A DNA stretch of 50,663 bases from the NCBI GenBank assembly GCA_026026165.1, contig JAPEUD010000112.1, forward strand, positions 1-50,663. The letters run 5' to 3'. Numbering within the stretch: the stretch's first letter is position 1; every line of letters starts with the position of its first letter. A model generated the notes under the pieces. The model ran no database searches, was not told where the DNA came from, and saw only the letters and a list, made by a program, of their open reading frames with translations. The stretch comes from Sarea resinae. Taxonomy: Eukaryota. Below are positions 49,242-50,663 of this stretch, piece after piece. Both the position numbers and the translations under genes were made by a program.

Positions 49242-49469
49242 ATATTTATTATATAGATATATCTTTATTTTCTATTACTACATATTCTTTTGATTTCTTC
49301 TATTATAATAGTTATTGCTTACTATTTACTATAAAATATATATATATATATATATAGTTACACAATATATTTAATGTATTACATTAACTATACTACTATA
49401 TAAAAAATTAAACCTTTTATAATAAAACCCCCTTACTATTATGTTTAATAATAATAACTAAATTATTAT

Positions 49470-49541
49470 TAAAGAATAGGTGATTTAAACACCTAACCTA
49501 CTATGTGTAAAATAGTTGCTCTACTATTAAGCTAATTCCTT
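49470..49541 (-). tRNA. trnV: Mitochondrial tRNA-Val(UAC) pseudogene
   Basis: AGGAATTAGCTTAATAGTAGAGCAACTATTTTACACATAGT...GTTTAAATC, with D and T loops carrying transitions. Confidence 0.85.
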
Positions 49542-49559
49542 TTAAATATTTTAGCTAAA

Positions 49560-50225
49560 CTAATTTTTTTGTTTTATTGTTATTACAATCGCACTGACTA
49601 TAGCTAATAATAATATTATAGAAGTTATAATTAGTCATATTAAATAACTAGTATACATTATATTACCTATGTTAGTAATATACAATGTTTCTGCTAAATT
49701 ACTGTCTTAAACTTTAGATATCACAAATGCAATCTCACTACTATTATTAGAAAAATTAAAAAATTTATTTAAATAATCACTATAATTATTATATAATATA
49801 TCGTTAAATGAATTATTTAAACTAACTGTGTAACTATTAAAAGCAGCAATACTATAAGGTAATATTTAATATATAGGATAATTAAAAGATACAGCTATAA
49901 TTATAGCTAGAGGTATACTATTACCTGTATCACTTAATAACTCAGATATTCTAACATTTATTAACATTAAAATAAAAAGGAATAAAATAGATACTGCTCC
50001 TACATAAACTAATAAGTAAGATAAACTAATAAAGTTTATACCTAACATTATTAAATAACTTAACATACTTAAAAATAAACCTATTAAAAATAAAACTAAC
50101 ACTATAGGATTTTTACTTACAATAACAAATATACCACATAAAATAGCAACTAATAAAATTAAGTCTAAGAGCTTAGCTCTATAACTGTTAGTAAAAGTTT
50201 CGTTTAAAATAAATAAACTATTTAT
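49560..50225 (-). pseudogene. nad6: nad6 pseudogene (NUMT), 666 bp
   Basis: SKNPIV.VLFLIGLF...LSYLLVYVGAVSILFLFILMLINVRISEL ... AIVITIKQ. Start mutated to ATA, internal stops. Confidence 0.95.
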
Positions 50226-50332
50226 ATAATAAAAATTTTTTTTCTATCTCTATTTACACATATTAACTGCTTTTAGAGAATAAAATAGTTAATGTAAAAG
50301 CGAATTAATATAAAAGTAATATTTCTCTCTAT

Positions 50333-50405
50333 TAAACACGTATAAGATTTAAACCTGCATTCTTTGTGTCTGTAGCACAACGCCTTACTATTAGGCTAAC
50401 ACGCT
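50333..50405 (-). tRNA. trnC: Mitochondrial tRNA-Cys pseudogene (GCA apparently mutated to ACA)
   Basis: AGCGTGTTAGCCTAATAGTAAGGCG-TTGTG-CTACAGA-CACAA...GGTTTAAATC cloverleaf. Confidence 0.7.
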
Positions 50406-50478
50406 ACATTTTTTTAGAAAAAACAGTAAACAGTTTATAAATATTATATTACATCTATTTTATAGCTTTTATGCATAC

Positions 50479-50549
50479 AGCCCTTAAGATGAATCAAATA
50501 TCTATTAAAATATTAACAGTATTTTGCTCTACTGTTAAGCTATAAAGGC
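50479..50549 (-). tRNA. trnN: Mitochondrial tRNA-Asn(GUU) pseudogene
   Basis: GCCTTTATAGCTTAACAGTAGAGCAAAATACTGTTAATATTTT...AAGGGC. Confidence 0.85.
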
Positions 50550-50663
50550 TTATATACCTTAATTATTGTACCTAACCCAACATGATAGATAAATTATATT
50601 TATTATTATAATTATAAATAAAAAAGGTATAACTATTAACAAATGCAATAAATTTACATTACA

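Larger units (their letters stand above)
48330..50663 (-). other. NUMT (nuclear insertion of mitochondrial DNA), RIP-mutated; continues beyond the window, left boundary approximate
   Basis: Very AT-rich, with collinear cox3, trnV, nad6, trnC and trnN remnants on a telomere-bearing contig. Confidence 0.93.

Noticed and set aside
48330..50663. Genuine mitochondrial contig misjoined to a nuclear one
   Set aside because: Start codons, Trp/Gln codons and tRNA consensus bases are destroyed by directional transitions, which is incompatible with functional mtDNA.

Overview
This is the left end of a filamentous ascomycete (Pezizomycotina) chromosome. It starts with 21 TAACCC telomere repeats, followed by about 48 kb of accessory subtelomeric DNA, and ends inside a RIP-mutated nuclear copy of mitochondrial DNA (NUMT: trnN-trnC-nad6-trnV-cox3, minus strand). 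Recognisable genes are an F-box-like protein, an HNH nuclease, a PD-(D/E)XK nuclease, an HMT1/ATM1-type ABC half-transporter, a kinase-like protein and C2H2 proteins. A 26-45 kb block holds genes resembling the accessory cargo of fungal giant mobile elements: a ferric-reductase fragment, MADS-box-like, chromodomain-like, coiled-coil and 2OG-dioxygenase-like genes, two Ulp1/C48-like proteases, and two AAA-ATPase paralogues with degenerate Walker motifs. No tyrosine-recombinase captain or intact transposase is visible. Non-coding signals include a 305-bp hAT-type MITE and a conserved hairpin/terminus motif present twice, 24 kb apart. All family calls come from reading motifs by eye, and exon boundaries are manual predictions.
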